Part shown: positions 1 to 10,018 of the stretch, one piece after another
Layout of the letters: each line of letters begins with the position of its first letter
Numbering within the stretch: the stretch's first letter is position 1
The notes under the pieces: generated by a model
Databases searched by the model: none
Told to the model about the DNA's origin: nothing
Seen by the model: the letters and a program-made list of their open reading frames with translations, nothing else
Assembly (NCBI RefSeq): GCF_006345805.1
Contig: NW_021836686.1
Span: forward strand, 1 to 22,942
Origin: Octopus sinensis
Taxonomy: Eukaryota
Length of the DNA stretch: 22,942 bases
Direction: 5' to 3'
Position numbers and translations under genes: made by a program

Positions 1-272
1 AAAAGATCAGCGCAAATCTATGAATCAGCCTCTTAACTTCCTTCAGTACAAGTCACGAATTCAATTATCAATCGCTAAAGTTTTCACGTAAAATTTCATA
101 ACAAACAGGATTGCTAATATTCAGATTATTTGCCAACATTCAACGAACTGTACTAAGTAAGATGTCTTTATGTGAGTCAGCAGAGCAGCGTCAATATGCT
201 TTCTTAGTCTGCACGAAACAGCAGCCTTCAAATTATACCCTGCCGTTTTGTTATAAGAATTATATCTTAAAT

Positions 273-647
273 GTGGAGGCGCAATGGCCCAGTGGTTAGG
301 GCAGCGAACTCGCGGTTTCGATTCCCAGACCGGGCGTTGTGAGTGTTTATTGAGCGAAAACACTAAAGCTCCACGAGGCTTCGGCAGGGATGGGGGTGAT
401 CCCTGCTGTACTCTTTCACCCACAACTTTCTCCTCACTTTTAACTTCTGTTTCTTCTGTTGTACCTGTATTTCAAAGGGTCGGCCTTGTCACTCTCTTTG
501 TCACGCTGAATATCCCCGAGAACTACGTTAAGGGTACCCGTGTCTGTGGAGTGCTCAGCCAACTTACACGTTAATTTCACGAGCAGGCTGTTCCGTTGAT
601 TCGGATCAACCGGAACCCTCGTCGTCGTAACCGACGGAGTGCTTCCA
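273..647 (+). mobile_element. tRNA-derived SINE, family X head/body with tail P
   Basis: Pol III A box TGGCCCAGTGGTTAGG and B box GGTTTCGATTCCC. Head matches 9337-9397 (-) and 20161-20312. Ends in a short (CAT)n. Confidence 0.85.
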
Positions 648-734
648 TCATCATGATGGTGATCGCAGAGGAAGCGCACCGTGAAGGCTCAGAGCGTCAC
701 AGTTGTAATTTCTCTGCAGCTACTTCTAGTGATA

Positions 735-980
735 GTGGAGGCGCGTGGCTTAGTGGTTAGGGTGTCAGCACCATGATCGTAAGGTTGTGGTTTCGATTCC
801 TGGACCGAGCGATGAGTTGTGTTCTTGAGCAAAACACTTCATTTTGACGTTGCTCCAGTCCACTCAGCTGGCAAAAATGAGTAACGCTGCGATGGACCGG
901 CGTCCTGTCCAAGTGTGGAATTTCTACGCCACCGAAATCGGGAAACCGGCCTTTATGAGCCTGGCATGGCTCGAGAAGGA
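735..980 (+). mobile_element. tRNA-derived SINE, family Y head/body with tail Q, full length
   Basis: A box TGGCTTAGTGGTTAGG, B box GGTTTCGATTCCT. 13-bp TSD ACTTCTAGTGATA (722-734) / ACTTCTTGTGATA (981-993), 1 mismatch. Confidence 0.9.
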
Positions 981-1355
981 ACTTCTTGTGATAAATGCAT
1001 ATTGAACGACCGAAAGACCGAATTCTGATTGATTGAAATTAGGCTCGGGAATTGACTACCTTATCTCCCTTTGCTTTCAATCTTTTGCTGTGTATAAACT
1101 CTGGCTTGTGATCGTTTATATTGCATATATTGTACCGCGAGATCGGCACAAAAAAGAAAAAAGGGAGAGAGACAAAAAGAAAGAGTGAAAAAAACGTTTT
1201 TTTCACTCTATGATTTTGTCTCTCTCCCTTTTTTCTTTTTTGTGCCGATCTTTTTCCCTCTTTCTTCCTCTCATTTTCTCTTCCTATTTTAGATTTGACC
1301 TTTCCCCTCTTTCTAGTCATACACATCTCCCCTCCCTCCATCTATCCATAAATAC

Positions 1356-1726
1356 TACTTGTACTTGTACTTGTGGCGACATTCACCCTGGGCGGGTTGA
1401 GTTAACTTCTTCTACCACCCTCGAGGCATCTCGAACTATGGCAGTGGAAAAAGTTTCGTGGGAATATAAATTTCACAAGCGATCCCCAACAATCCCGCAT
1501 GTAGAGACATCTTGTTTGCCGCAGATTGTCCGCAGAACGACCGAGGAGCCGCCGGTTGCCGAAACAGACACTCCGAGGATTTTCACCAGAGCCGGGTTGT
1601 GGCCCTATTACCACTCGGTGTCAGACCAATCCGCCTTGGGTGGCCCTACCAGGAACCGAAGTTCCCAACGGCATTGCTCTGACACTACCCGTTGCCAGCG
1701 TCCCCACCACGGTGAGGAGGGGATGG
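1356..1726 (-). mobile_element. Probable non-autonomous RTE-clade derivative (5' UTR-like segment plus 3' tail with (CAAGTA)3)
   Basis: Minus strand begins CCCCTCCTCACCGTGGTGGGG...GAGCAATGCCG...TCCTGGTAGGGCCACCCAAGG, resembling RTE/Expander 5' ends from memory. It ends ...GGTGAATGTCGCCA(CAAGTA)3. No RT ORF in between. Confidence 0.5.
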
Positions 1727-1999
1727 ACTTTGGGGACGCAAATGCTACCAATGCATTCTCAAATTTTCATTCACACCACAAACCCCTTTGAATGAGCAAC
1801 ACTGATTCCACGGCTCCATGCTTTGAAATGACGAAACATGAACCGCTATTGGAACTTACACACCATGTACAGGAAAATTTCTCACCACATCTATACACCA
1901 TTTTCCTCGAATAATGGAACTGAAACAACAATATCTTCATATATCTTATTTCTACTTTCATTCTCTTATTTCCCTCTATATTCGCTATCTTTTCCACAA

Positions 2000-2140
2000 T
2001 AATTCAAACTCAAATATCTTCTGACAACGTCTCTGATGAAGGCATATCCATAATATCCCAGAAACAGCTGTAAGACTATTTCATTATAAATGTCCTGGAA
2101 ACTCTTCACAGTCTTGGATTTGCTATCTCATTCGGCGTAA
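2000..2140 (+). mobile_element. Penelope-like element pseudo-LTR 3' remnant
   Basis: Contains CTGATGA...GAAAC hammerhead core and ends ...GGCGTAA directly against a (TA)n tract. The 5' boundary is uncertain. Confidence 0.5.
2029..2076 (+). ncRNA. Minimal type I hammerhead ribozyme motif (possibly degenerate)
   Basis: Stem I GTCT(2029-32)/AGAC(2073-76). Core CTGATGA 2033-39. Stem II GGCATAT/ATATCCC with one C-C mismatch. GAAA 2061-64. Stem III AC/GT with palindromic loop AGCT. GUA cleavage triplet ends at 2072. Confidence 0.6.
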
Positions 2141-2324
2141 TATATATATATATATATAATATATAATATATATATATGCACACACACACACACATATATT
2201 ATATATATATATATACACACATATATATTGTATGTATTGTAGTGTATATGTATATATAATACCTATATACCTATAATATATACTATATATAGTATGTATG
2301 TATGTATATGTATGTATATATACA

Positions 2325-2367
<43 letters not shown>

Positions 2368-2520
2368 ATCTTATATATATGTATATATATATACATGTTA
2401 TTTATATATATAATATATGTGTGGTATGTGTGTATGTGTATAAATACTTGCATGTATATGATGCTATTCTATATAATATATATATATAATATCTATTATA
2501 TATATATATATATAATAGAA
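2140..2520. repeat. Compound (TA)n/(CA)n/(TATG)n microsatellite
   Basis: Direct inspection. Explains the ORFs at 2298 and 2302. Confidence 0.95.
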
Positions 2521-2967
2521 TATATATTTATTTTCACTTTCTTGATTTTTCCCTAACATAATTCTTCATTCATTCTACTAGATATCGAAGTTTTTCATCT
2601 TTCTCTTTATTCTCTTCTATTCAATTTCATTTTTCCACCAAATCTACCTCCTCCGCAGTACAACACACATAAACGTTCGCATAAAAACTCTCGTATGTCT
2701 CATAATATCATAGATCAAAGTTTCCCATCTTCCAGTTACTCACGTGTTCAGTAACCAGAACAAAATAATGGAGAGAAAGAAAGAGAAAGAAAGTGAGAGA
2801 AAGGAGGAAGGAGAGAAAAAGGAAATGGAGAGGGGATGTCGGAGAGGAAGAAATGGAGACAAGCATTTTACATTTTCTTGAATCTTACGAAATATTTTAA
2901 ATGGGAATCTGAGTTGTAAACCTTAGAAAGATGATATAATATTTCTATAACTTCATGGATTTAGATT

Positions 2968-3485
2968 GCGTAGGCTTGGCTGAGTGGTAAAGAAGTTCAC
3001 TCGGATCTTTTCGGTTTGAACGGCAGTTTTTTCTAGAGGTGTCATATGAAATTGTCACCCATAATTATGACCCTAGTATCGATCTATTGCATTTCAATCT
3101 GTTTTAGGGTTAGGGGTGGGGGAAGGGTATCTTTTTTTCTTCACAAATGTAAATAAACCCTATCTGTTTCTTAAACGAGGAACATTTTCATACGGCACAG
3201 AATGTTTTCACCTCAATAGACGTCATTGAATGGTTGTAATTGGAGAAATTGAAGAAGAAAAAACAACAAATATCTTACAAATTATAAAATTTTCTCAATA
3301 AAGCCAAGAGAAAAAGATGTTTTATAAACACATTCTACCAGTATACGAAGTTTAAAATTTTTTAGTTACCTAGAAATTATGTTAAAAACTGCCGTTCAAA
3401 CCGAAAAGATCCGTTAACTCCATGGCTACGTGGACGTGAGTTCGATACCGTCACACGGAACTTTCGGCAGGTATTTCATACTCCC
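2968..3485 (+). mobile_element. Old CORE-like SINE head interrupted by a MITE
   Basis: A box TGGCTGAGTGGT lies left of the MITE. B box GAGTTCGATACC and a degenerate CORE-like segment lie right of it. Confidence 0.6.
3003..3412. mobile_element. MITE, Merlin-like (copy 1)
   Basis: Perfect 29-bp TIR GGATCTTTTCGGTTTGAACGGCAGTTTTT. 8-bp TSD GTTCACTC/GTTAACTC (1 mismatch). Short internal TTAGGG tract. GG-terminated TIR plus 8-bp TSD fits Merlin/IS1016; hAT is not excluded. Confidence 0.9.
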
Positions 3486-3552
3486 TCTTATGGTTGTAAG
3501 GAGAAATAGGTGAAGGGATCAAGCGCGTACATTCTTTATACATAAACTCAGT

Positions 3553-3790
3553 TTACTCTGTCTTTTACGTCTTTCAGCCATTAGACTACGGCCATGCTGG
3601 GGCACCGCCTTGACGAATTCCTAGTTGAATGAATCGGGTCCAGTCCATTTCTTTCAAAGCATGGTACTTATTCCAGCAGTCTCTTTTGCAAAACCACTAG
3701 GCTACGAGGATATTAACACACCAACACCGGTTGTCAAACGGTGGTGGGAGGCACAGAACACAGAAACTAAGACACATTTCCCACACACAC
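3553..3790 (-). mobile_element. CORE-like SINE 3' half (diverged)
   Basis: GGCCATGCTGGGGCACCGCC and downstream motifs match the 3' part of 4871-5277. Confidence 0.75.
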
Positions 3791-3824
3791 ACAATATATA
3801 TATATTGTGCCTAGAGTAGAAAGG

Positions 3825-3855
3825 ATTATTATTATTATAATTACTATTATTGTTA

Positions 3856-3912
<57 letters not shown>

Positions 3913-3919
3913 GATTATA

Positions 3920-3953
<34 letters not shown>

Positions 3954-4035
3954 ATTATTATTATCATTATTATTACTATTATTATTATTATTATTATCAT
4001 TATTATTACAATTATTATTATTATTATTATTATTT

Positions 4036-4070
<35 letters not shown>

Positions 4071-4170
4071 ATTATTATTATTATTATCATAATCATCATC
4101 ATCATTATTATTATTGTTGTTGTTGTTGTTGCTGCTGCTGCTGCTGCTGTTGTTGTTGTTTTTATTATTC
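3825..4170. repeat. (ATT)n grading into (ATC)/(GTT)/(GCT)n trinucleotide repeat
   Basis: Direct inspection. Source of the poly-I, poly-L and poly-N ORFs. Confidence 0.95.
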
Positions 4171-4260
4171 AGGTGAGATCTGGCAAAATCGTTCAGCGGC
4201 ATTTCTTCCGGATATTTCAAGTTTAAATTCTGTCAATGTCGACATTGCCTTTCCTCATCT
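4171..4260 (+). mobile_element. Degenerate family A SINE head
   Basis: GGTGAGATCTGGCAAAATCGTT...AGCGGCATTTC...GTTTAAATTC...GTCGACATTGCCTTTC aligns with the family A head and body. Confidence 0.6.
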
Positions 4261-4870
4261 GTCTACTATGGGCTACAACTGACACACCTAAATCAGTAAA
4301 CTTAATTACATAGTATTTCACATGCTTGAAAGAACGCTGAACAGTATTCCCCGCCTTCATAAAACAGACAGGTCAAATCTCTGAAATGAGGTTCAAATAA
4401 GATCAACAACAATTAAACCTAGTCACACATTTGCTGACCAACTGACCGTTTCAACTAATTACATTCTTTTGTGAATCAAAAGAAAAAAAAAATGAAACAA
4501 CACCATAACCTGAAGCTGACACACTTAAATAGACCCCATTACAAAGTTTTTCATGCATGGCTGAGCTCTGAACAATAACACAACTTCGACTTTAAACAAT
4601 ATAACATTTCTATGATATCCATTCATTAGAACTTACTCTACAACCTATCGTTCAACATAGTTCCACCTATCCCAGAAAGAAATAAACTGACCAGAGAATA
4701 CGTAACGCGAAGGTGAACTCAAATGTATGTCAGTCCGATAAAGACTAACAGACCGGAACTTCAGATTCACTGTCATCACTCTTCTTGTAAAAGTATAACG
4801 TATGTGTGTGTGTGTATTATGTATGTATTTATGTGTGTGTGTGTATATATATATATATAATATATTCTCT

Positions 4871-5277
4871 CTCTTTTACTCTTTTACTTGTTTCAGTCAG
4901 TTGACTGCGGCCATGCTGGAGCACCGCCTTTGGTCGAGCAACTCGACCCCGGGACTTATTCTTTGCAAGCCCAGTACTTATTCTATCGGTCTCTTTTGCC
5001 GAACCGCTAGGTTACGGGGACATAAACACACCAGCATCGGTTGTCAAGCAATGCTAGGGAGACAAACACAGACACGCAAACATATATATATATATATATA
5101 TATACATATATACGACGGGCTTCTTTCAGTTTCCGTCTACCAAATCCACTCACAAGGCTTTGGTCGGCCCGAGGCTATAGTAGAAGACACTTGCCCAAGG
5201 TGCCACGCAGTGGGACTGAACCCGGAACCATGTGGTTGGTAAGCAAGCTACTTACCACACAGCCACTCCTGCGCCTA
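4871..5277 (-). mobile_element. CORE-like tRNA-derived SINE, full length
   Basis: Minus strand: TAGGCGCAGGAGTGGCTGTGTGG (A box), GGTTCAGTCCC (B box), ACCTTGGGCAAGTGTCTT (CORE-like), internal (TA)n, (GAGTAAAA)n tail. Confidence 0.9.
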
Positions 5278-5385
5278 TGATGATAATGTTAGAAAAATAT
5301 TTTACATTTCGCTTTGACAAAAGAAGAAGACAGCTATTCCCCAAAAAGATTGACGCTTATCTTTCCGTAGTTTGAAAATTTTAAC

Positions 5386-5900
5386 TTAGGTTCCAAGCAA
5401 TGTTGATTTAAGACAAGCCCTGGTTTCATAGGCTTCTGTTCTTTCTAAAATTATGGGTAGGATCTGACCGGTCGCGTAAGAACATCGATAAAATTCTTGC
5501 TTTGTCACATTCATTGCCATGTAAGTCCTGCAAAGCCTTTTTCCAGGGTTTCTAGAGCTCCTTCGGGTTATATTATGCATTCATCCCATAGAATCATTTG
5601 GCAAATCTTAAGAACTTGTCCGGTACCAGATTTCTTGACAATCTTGCTAAGAGGTACCTCACTTCTGCTCAACCCTAGACACGCCATGAAAGCAGAAGGT
5701 GCTTTGTATCCTACGGGAAGGAATATGGCAGCATTACGGTAATAGATATGCCTCCAGATTGACGGACTTTGGTAAGCAATAGATTGTCCAAGAAAATCTT
5801 TAATGTTCCACAATAAACATCGAGAGAGCAAATTTCAGGTCTGGTTGCAGAACTCTGTCGAAAATAGCCGAATACACTCCCGATTTTCCTCATCTATAGA
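5386..5900 (-). pseudogene. Frameshifted Helitron RepHel Pif1-like helicase fragment
   Basis: Joined minus frames give SLDVYCGTLKIFLDNLLLTKVRQSGG (decayed Walker A, cf. LDAPGGTGKT), AIFLPVGYKAPSAF, KSGTGQVLKICQMILWDECIM (motif II), ALETLEKALQDLHGN and QILPIILERTEAYETRACLKS (motif III), in canonical order. Confidence 0.8.
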
Positions 5901-5973
5901 CCAAGAAAATCGAAGAGAATCATCAATTTCGAATAAACTCCACTACGTATATTGATTATCTCTCCCATTACTT

Positions 5974-6118
<145 letters not shown>

Positions 6119-6236
6119 GTCAATCCGTATTTGTACCTGAATCTGTGTCTTTTACTTTATATGTATGTCTGTAACGTATGTTTCCTTCGTCTTACCTTTC
6201 TTTCCTCCACTTTTTCTTTCTCTTTTCCACCTGCTT

Positions 6237-6269
<33 letters not shown>

Positions 6270-6375
6270 TTCTCTAACTCTTACCTTTTACTCCTGATAC
6301 GTTATTTTCACTCTAACCCAACTGGTATTAACGCCATCAATTCCTTTACCAGTGTGTTGTTCCATGGAAAATACG

Positions 6376-6449
6376 AGAGACAGAGAGAGACAGACAGACT
6401 GACAGACTGACAGACTGACATACAGACAGACTGACAGACAGAGAGAGAG
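6376..6449. repeat. (GACA/GACT)n microsatellite
   Basis: Direct inspection. Confidence 0.9.
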
Positions 6450-6542
6450 GAATTGACTTTTGCCAAATAAAAAGTTCGGGAATTTTTTATATATAATAAA
6501 AATGCGTTCTCTTTTTTCTTTCTGTCTGACAGATGATGCAAA

Positions 6543-6722
6543 TGAAGAAGAAGAAGAAGAAGAAGAAGAAGAAGAAGAAGAAGAAGAAGAAGAAGAAGAA
6601 ACGAAGAAGAAGACGAAGAAGAAGAAGAAGGAGAAGAAGAAGAAGAAGAAGAAGAAAGAAGAAGAAGAAGAAGAAGAAGAAGAAGAAGAAGAAGAAGAAG
6701 AAGAAGGAGAAGAAGAAGAAGA
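6543..6722. repeat. (GAA)n trinucleotide repeat, ~180 bp
   Basis: Direct inspection. Source of the poly-E/K/S/F ORFs. Confidence 0.95.
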
Positions 6723-6960
6723 CATTTGATAAAATAATCCAATACACAACGTCTCTATGCAGTCTCTGCCCACTGAATTCGCTTCCAAAACACTGGTCAG
6801 TCCAGGGGATTGGGGGAAGAAAATTGCTGTCGAGTGTTTCGATAGCCTAGTGACTATGGCCTTTGTAAGCAGCTTATAAAGATGAAATAAGAGGCATATT
6901 GGACGATATCGTTTAAACCTTCCTCATCACCCTTCTTATATATATAAGTGTATATGCGTG

Positions 6961-7224
6961 TGTCTTTGTACCCCTCCTCACGCCGCTTGGTAATCGGTGT
7001 TGGTTTCTTTAAGTACCCCTACATTAGCGGTTCGACAAAAGCGAGCGAGAGAATAAGTACTAAACTTCAAAAGATAGTTACTGAGGACGATTTGTTCGAC
7101 TAAATCTTGCAAGTCAATGCCCCAGCATGGCCGCAGTCAAATGACTGAAAGAAGAAGACACCCTGGAAAATAAAGCATGGCCGCTGTCAAATGACGAAAA
7201 GAAGATACGCTGGGAAAAAAAGCA
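6961..7224 (+). mobile_element. Old CORE-like SINE 3' half with ~50-bp tail duplication
   Basis: TTAGCGGTTCGACAAAAG...GAATAAGTAC...CAGCATGGCCGCAGTCAAATGACTGAAA. AGCATGGCCG recurs at 7124 and 7174. Confidence 0.7.
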
Positions 7225-8055
7225 GTAAGATTAATGTCTTTGATCATAGGTCTGCTCAAAATAAGAATTGTCACAAATATTGCTATTAATACCATCACCT
7301 ACCATTACTACCCATCTTGCTACCACGCTAACACCACTTGTTACGATACCTTTGATCATAGATCTCTAGGATCAGGGCGGATCTGGCTCTAAACAACAAC
7401 AACAACATAAAACCACCCGGTGAACCAACGGAAAAAACATTAAAATTGCAAGCCTAAGAACAATATCCAATATATAAAGCATGGATGGACTGGTAACAGC
7501 TGGAACATCAGTCGAATGATAAAAAGTCGATATAGAAAAAATGCAGATCAATACAAAAATCTTTATCAAGCGTGAAAACAATTTCGGAAACTGATTCAGT
7601 ATAAAGCAGACGATAGGAACATTGAAAAGGCAGGAGCTCGCAGCACAAAACTCATACATATACAAACAGGCAGCACAAAGTAACATAATCTCACCTAAAC
7701 ATGCTCCAATTCACTAAAAAAGAAATAATAATATAACATGCAGTAAACTGGAATCATGTTATTAAAATACACAACTCTTATAAAGATCTTATTGCACATA
7801 ATACAAAAACAACCAGCACACCAAAACCCAAACGCATAAGACCATACAAAGACACCGATCGAACCAAGATAAGCATTGTACAACAGGTGACCATAAAACT
7901 AAAAATAGCTGAATATGCTGTAATACGATACTAAGTGATCTTAGTACTAAGTTCTAAGTATTCGTGAGGCTAAAATATTTCATAAACAGCATTCACTTTG
8001 CAATGATACAAGAACCAAAGATACAGACCCAACAAAAACACCTCAGTTTCTAGAT

Positions 8056-8825
8056 AATACCTATTTCTTTACTACCCACAAGGGACTAAACACTGAGGGG
8101 ATAAATAAGGACAGACAAACAGATTAAGTCGATTATATCGATCCCAGTGCGTAACTGGTACTTATTTAATCGACCCCGAAACGGTGAAAGGCAAAGTCGA
8201 CCTCGGCGGAATTTGAACTCAGAACGTAGCGGCAGACGAAATACCTATTTCTTTACTACCCACAAGGGCCTAAACACAGAGGGAACGAACAAGGACAGAC
8301 AAACAGATTAAGTCGATTATATCGACCCTAGTGCGTAACTGGTACTTATTTAATCGACCCCGAAAGGATGAAAGGCAAAGTCGACCTCGGCGGAATTTGA
8401 ACTCAGAACGTAGCGGCAGACGAATACCTATTTCTTTTACTACTACCCACAAGGGGCTAAACGCAGAGAGGACAAATAAGGACAGACAAAGGAATTAAGT
8501 CGATTATATCGACGCCAGTGCGTAACTAGTACTTTTTTATTCGACCCCGAAAGGATGAAAGGCAAAGTCGACCTCGGCGGAATTTGAACTCAGAACGTAA
8601 CAACAGACGAAATACCTATTTCTTTACTACCCACAAGGGGCTAAACACATAGGGGACAAACAAGGACAGACAAACGGATTAAGTCGATTATATCGACCCC
8701 AGTGCGTAACTGGTACTTGTTTAATCGACCCCGAAAGGATGAAAGGCAAAGTCGACCTCGGCGGAATTTGAACCCAGAACGTAGCGGCAGACGAAATACG
8801 GCTACGCATTTCGCCCGGCTGCAAC
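8056..8825 (-). mobile_element. Family A SINE multimer: partial head + 4 tandem units
   Basis: Units 8062-8245 (184 bp), 8246-8428 (183), 8429-8616 (188), 8617-8800 (184). Partial tRNA-like head at 8801-8825. B box GAGTTCAAATTCC in each unit. Confidence 0.9.
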
Positions 8826-9194
8826 ACTTTAACGTACTTCCAAATATAACTGAAGACCGAAGTGCGCCAAAGAAATCGTTATAAAACAACACAGATAATA
8901 CATGAGGAGACGTGACACGCATTACAACAAGCTTCCCCATTATATCCTAACAGCACGCACCAACACAAGTTGTTTAACCCTTGGCTCACGATGACTGAAC
9001 AGACTTATGAGTAAAGACGTTCTCTTGAACATTTAATATCTAGGATTACAATATCCAATGAATATTTTCCTCCTTCAAGTCAGTAAGGGTTAATTTTAGG
9101 AAGATTTGGCTGCTGACTCTAGCGATTTAATCTCTCTCTCTCTCCCTTGATATATATATATATATATATAATATATATATATATAGGGAGAGAG

Positions 9195-9230
<36 letters not shown>

Positions 9231-9336
9231 AAACACCACCACGTAGACTCTGTTGAGACTATTAAGAAACATTATGAACTTTTTTATTACACTTAACTTT
9301 TTTAAATATTTTTGATAAGGTTCGTTTTTTCATGAA

Positions 9337-9397
9337 GAAACCGCGATCCTACGACCGCGAGTCCGCTGCCCTAACCACTGGGCCATTGCGCCTCCAC
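9337..9397 (-). mobile_element. Family X SINE head fragment
   Basis: Reverse complement GTGGAGGCGCAATGGCCCAGTGGTTAGGGCAGCG is nearly identical to the start of 273-647. Confidence 0.85.
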
Positions 9398-9592
9398 TGT
9401 ATTACCTTATAGACGTTAAGTTTAAACATCAATCGCGTAGCCCTCGCCAGTCTAGAAAGCCCAGAGAAATATATAGACCTTGTCCATCTTAGAGAAAATA
9501 AATAAACAAAAATAAAATAAACATCTAGTTTTCTTTATTCCGTTTGAAAGAGAACAAAGGTTCCAGATCTAGCCAAAGTTATCAAAGATGCC

Positions 9593-10018
9593 AGATCTTT
9601 TCGGTTTGAACGGCAGTTTTTTCCAGTGAGTCATATGAAATTATCACCCATAATTATGATCCTAGTATCGATCTATTGCATTTCAATCTGTTTTAGGGTT
9701 AGGGTTAGTTAGGGTTAGGGTTAGGGTGGGGGGAAGGGTATCTTTTTTTCTTCACAAATGTAAATAAACCCAATCTGTTTCTTAAACGAGGGACATATTC
9801 ATACGGCACAGAATGTTTTTTTTTACCTCAGTAGACGTCAGTAATTGGTTTAAATTGCAGAAATTGGAGAAAAAACAACAAATATCTTACAAACCATAGA
9901 ATTTTCTCAATAAAGCCAAGAGATGTTTCATAAACACATTCTACCAGTATACGAAGTTTAAAATTTTTTAGTTACCTAAAAATTATATTAAAAAATGCCG
10001 TTCAAACCGAAAAGATCC
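9593..10018. mobile_element. MITE, Merlin-like (copy 2)
   Basis: Same TIRs with the left terminal G changed to A. Perfect 8-bp TSD AAGATGCC (9585-9592 / 10019-10026). Longer TTAGGG tract than copy 1. Confidence 0.92.

Noticed and set aside
273-360. tRNA genes at SINE heads (also 735, 10251, 20161, 21945)
   Set aside because: A and B boxes are present, but there is no complete cloverleaf or acceptor stem, and each continues into a multi-copy SINE body.
1210-1791. 193-aa ORF as a gene
   Set aside because: The N-terminus is pyrimidine low-complexity and the rest is antisense to a probable RTE-derived element. No recognisable domain.
7395-7720. Decayed LINE ORF (R4-like N-terminal region)
   Set aside because: Only vague similarity (KPP..., LKRQELAA) across many stops. 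Not supportable without a search.
8062-8800. CRISPR array or retrozyme (hammerhead-bearing tandem repeat)
   Set aside because: Units are contiguous with no unique spacers. The antisense junction has a GAAA + short-stem look, but there is no CUGANGA core on either strand.
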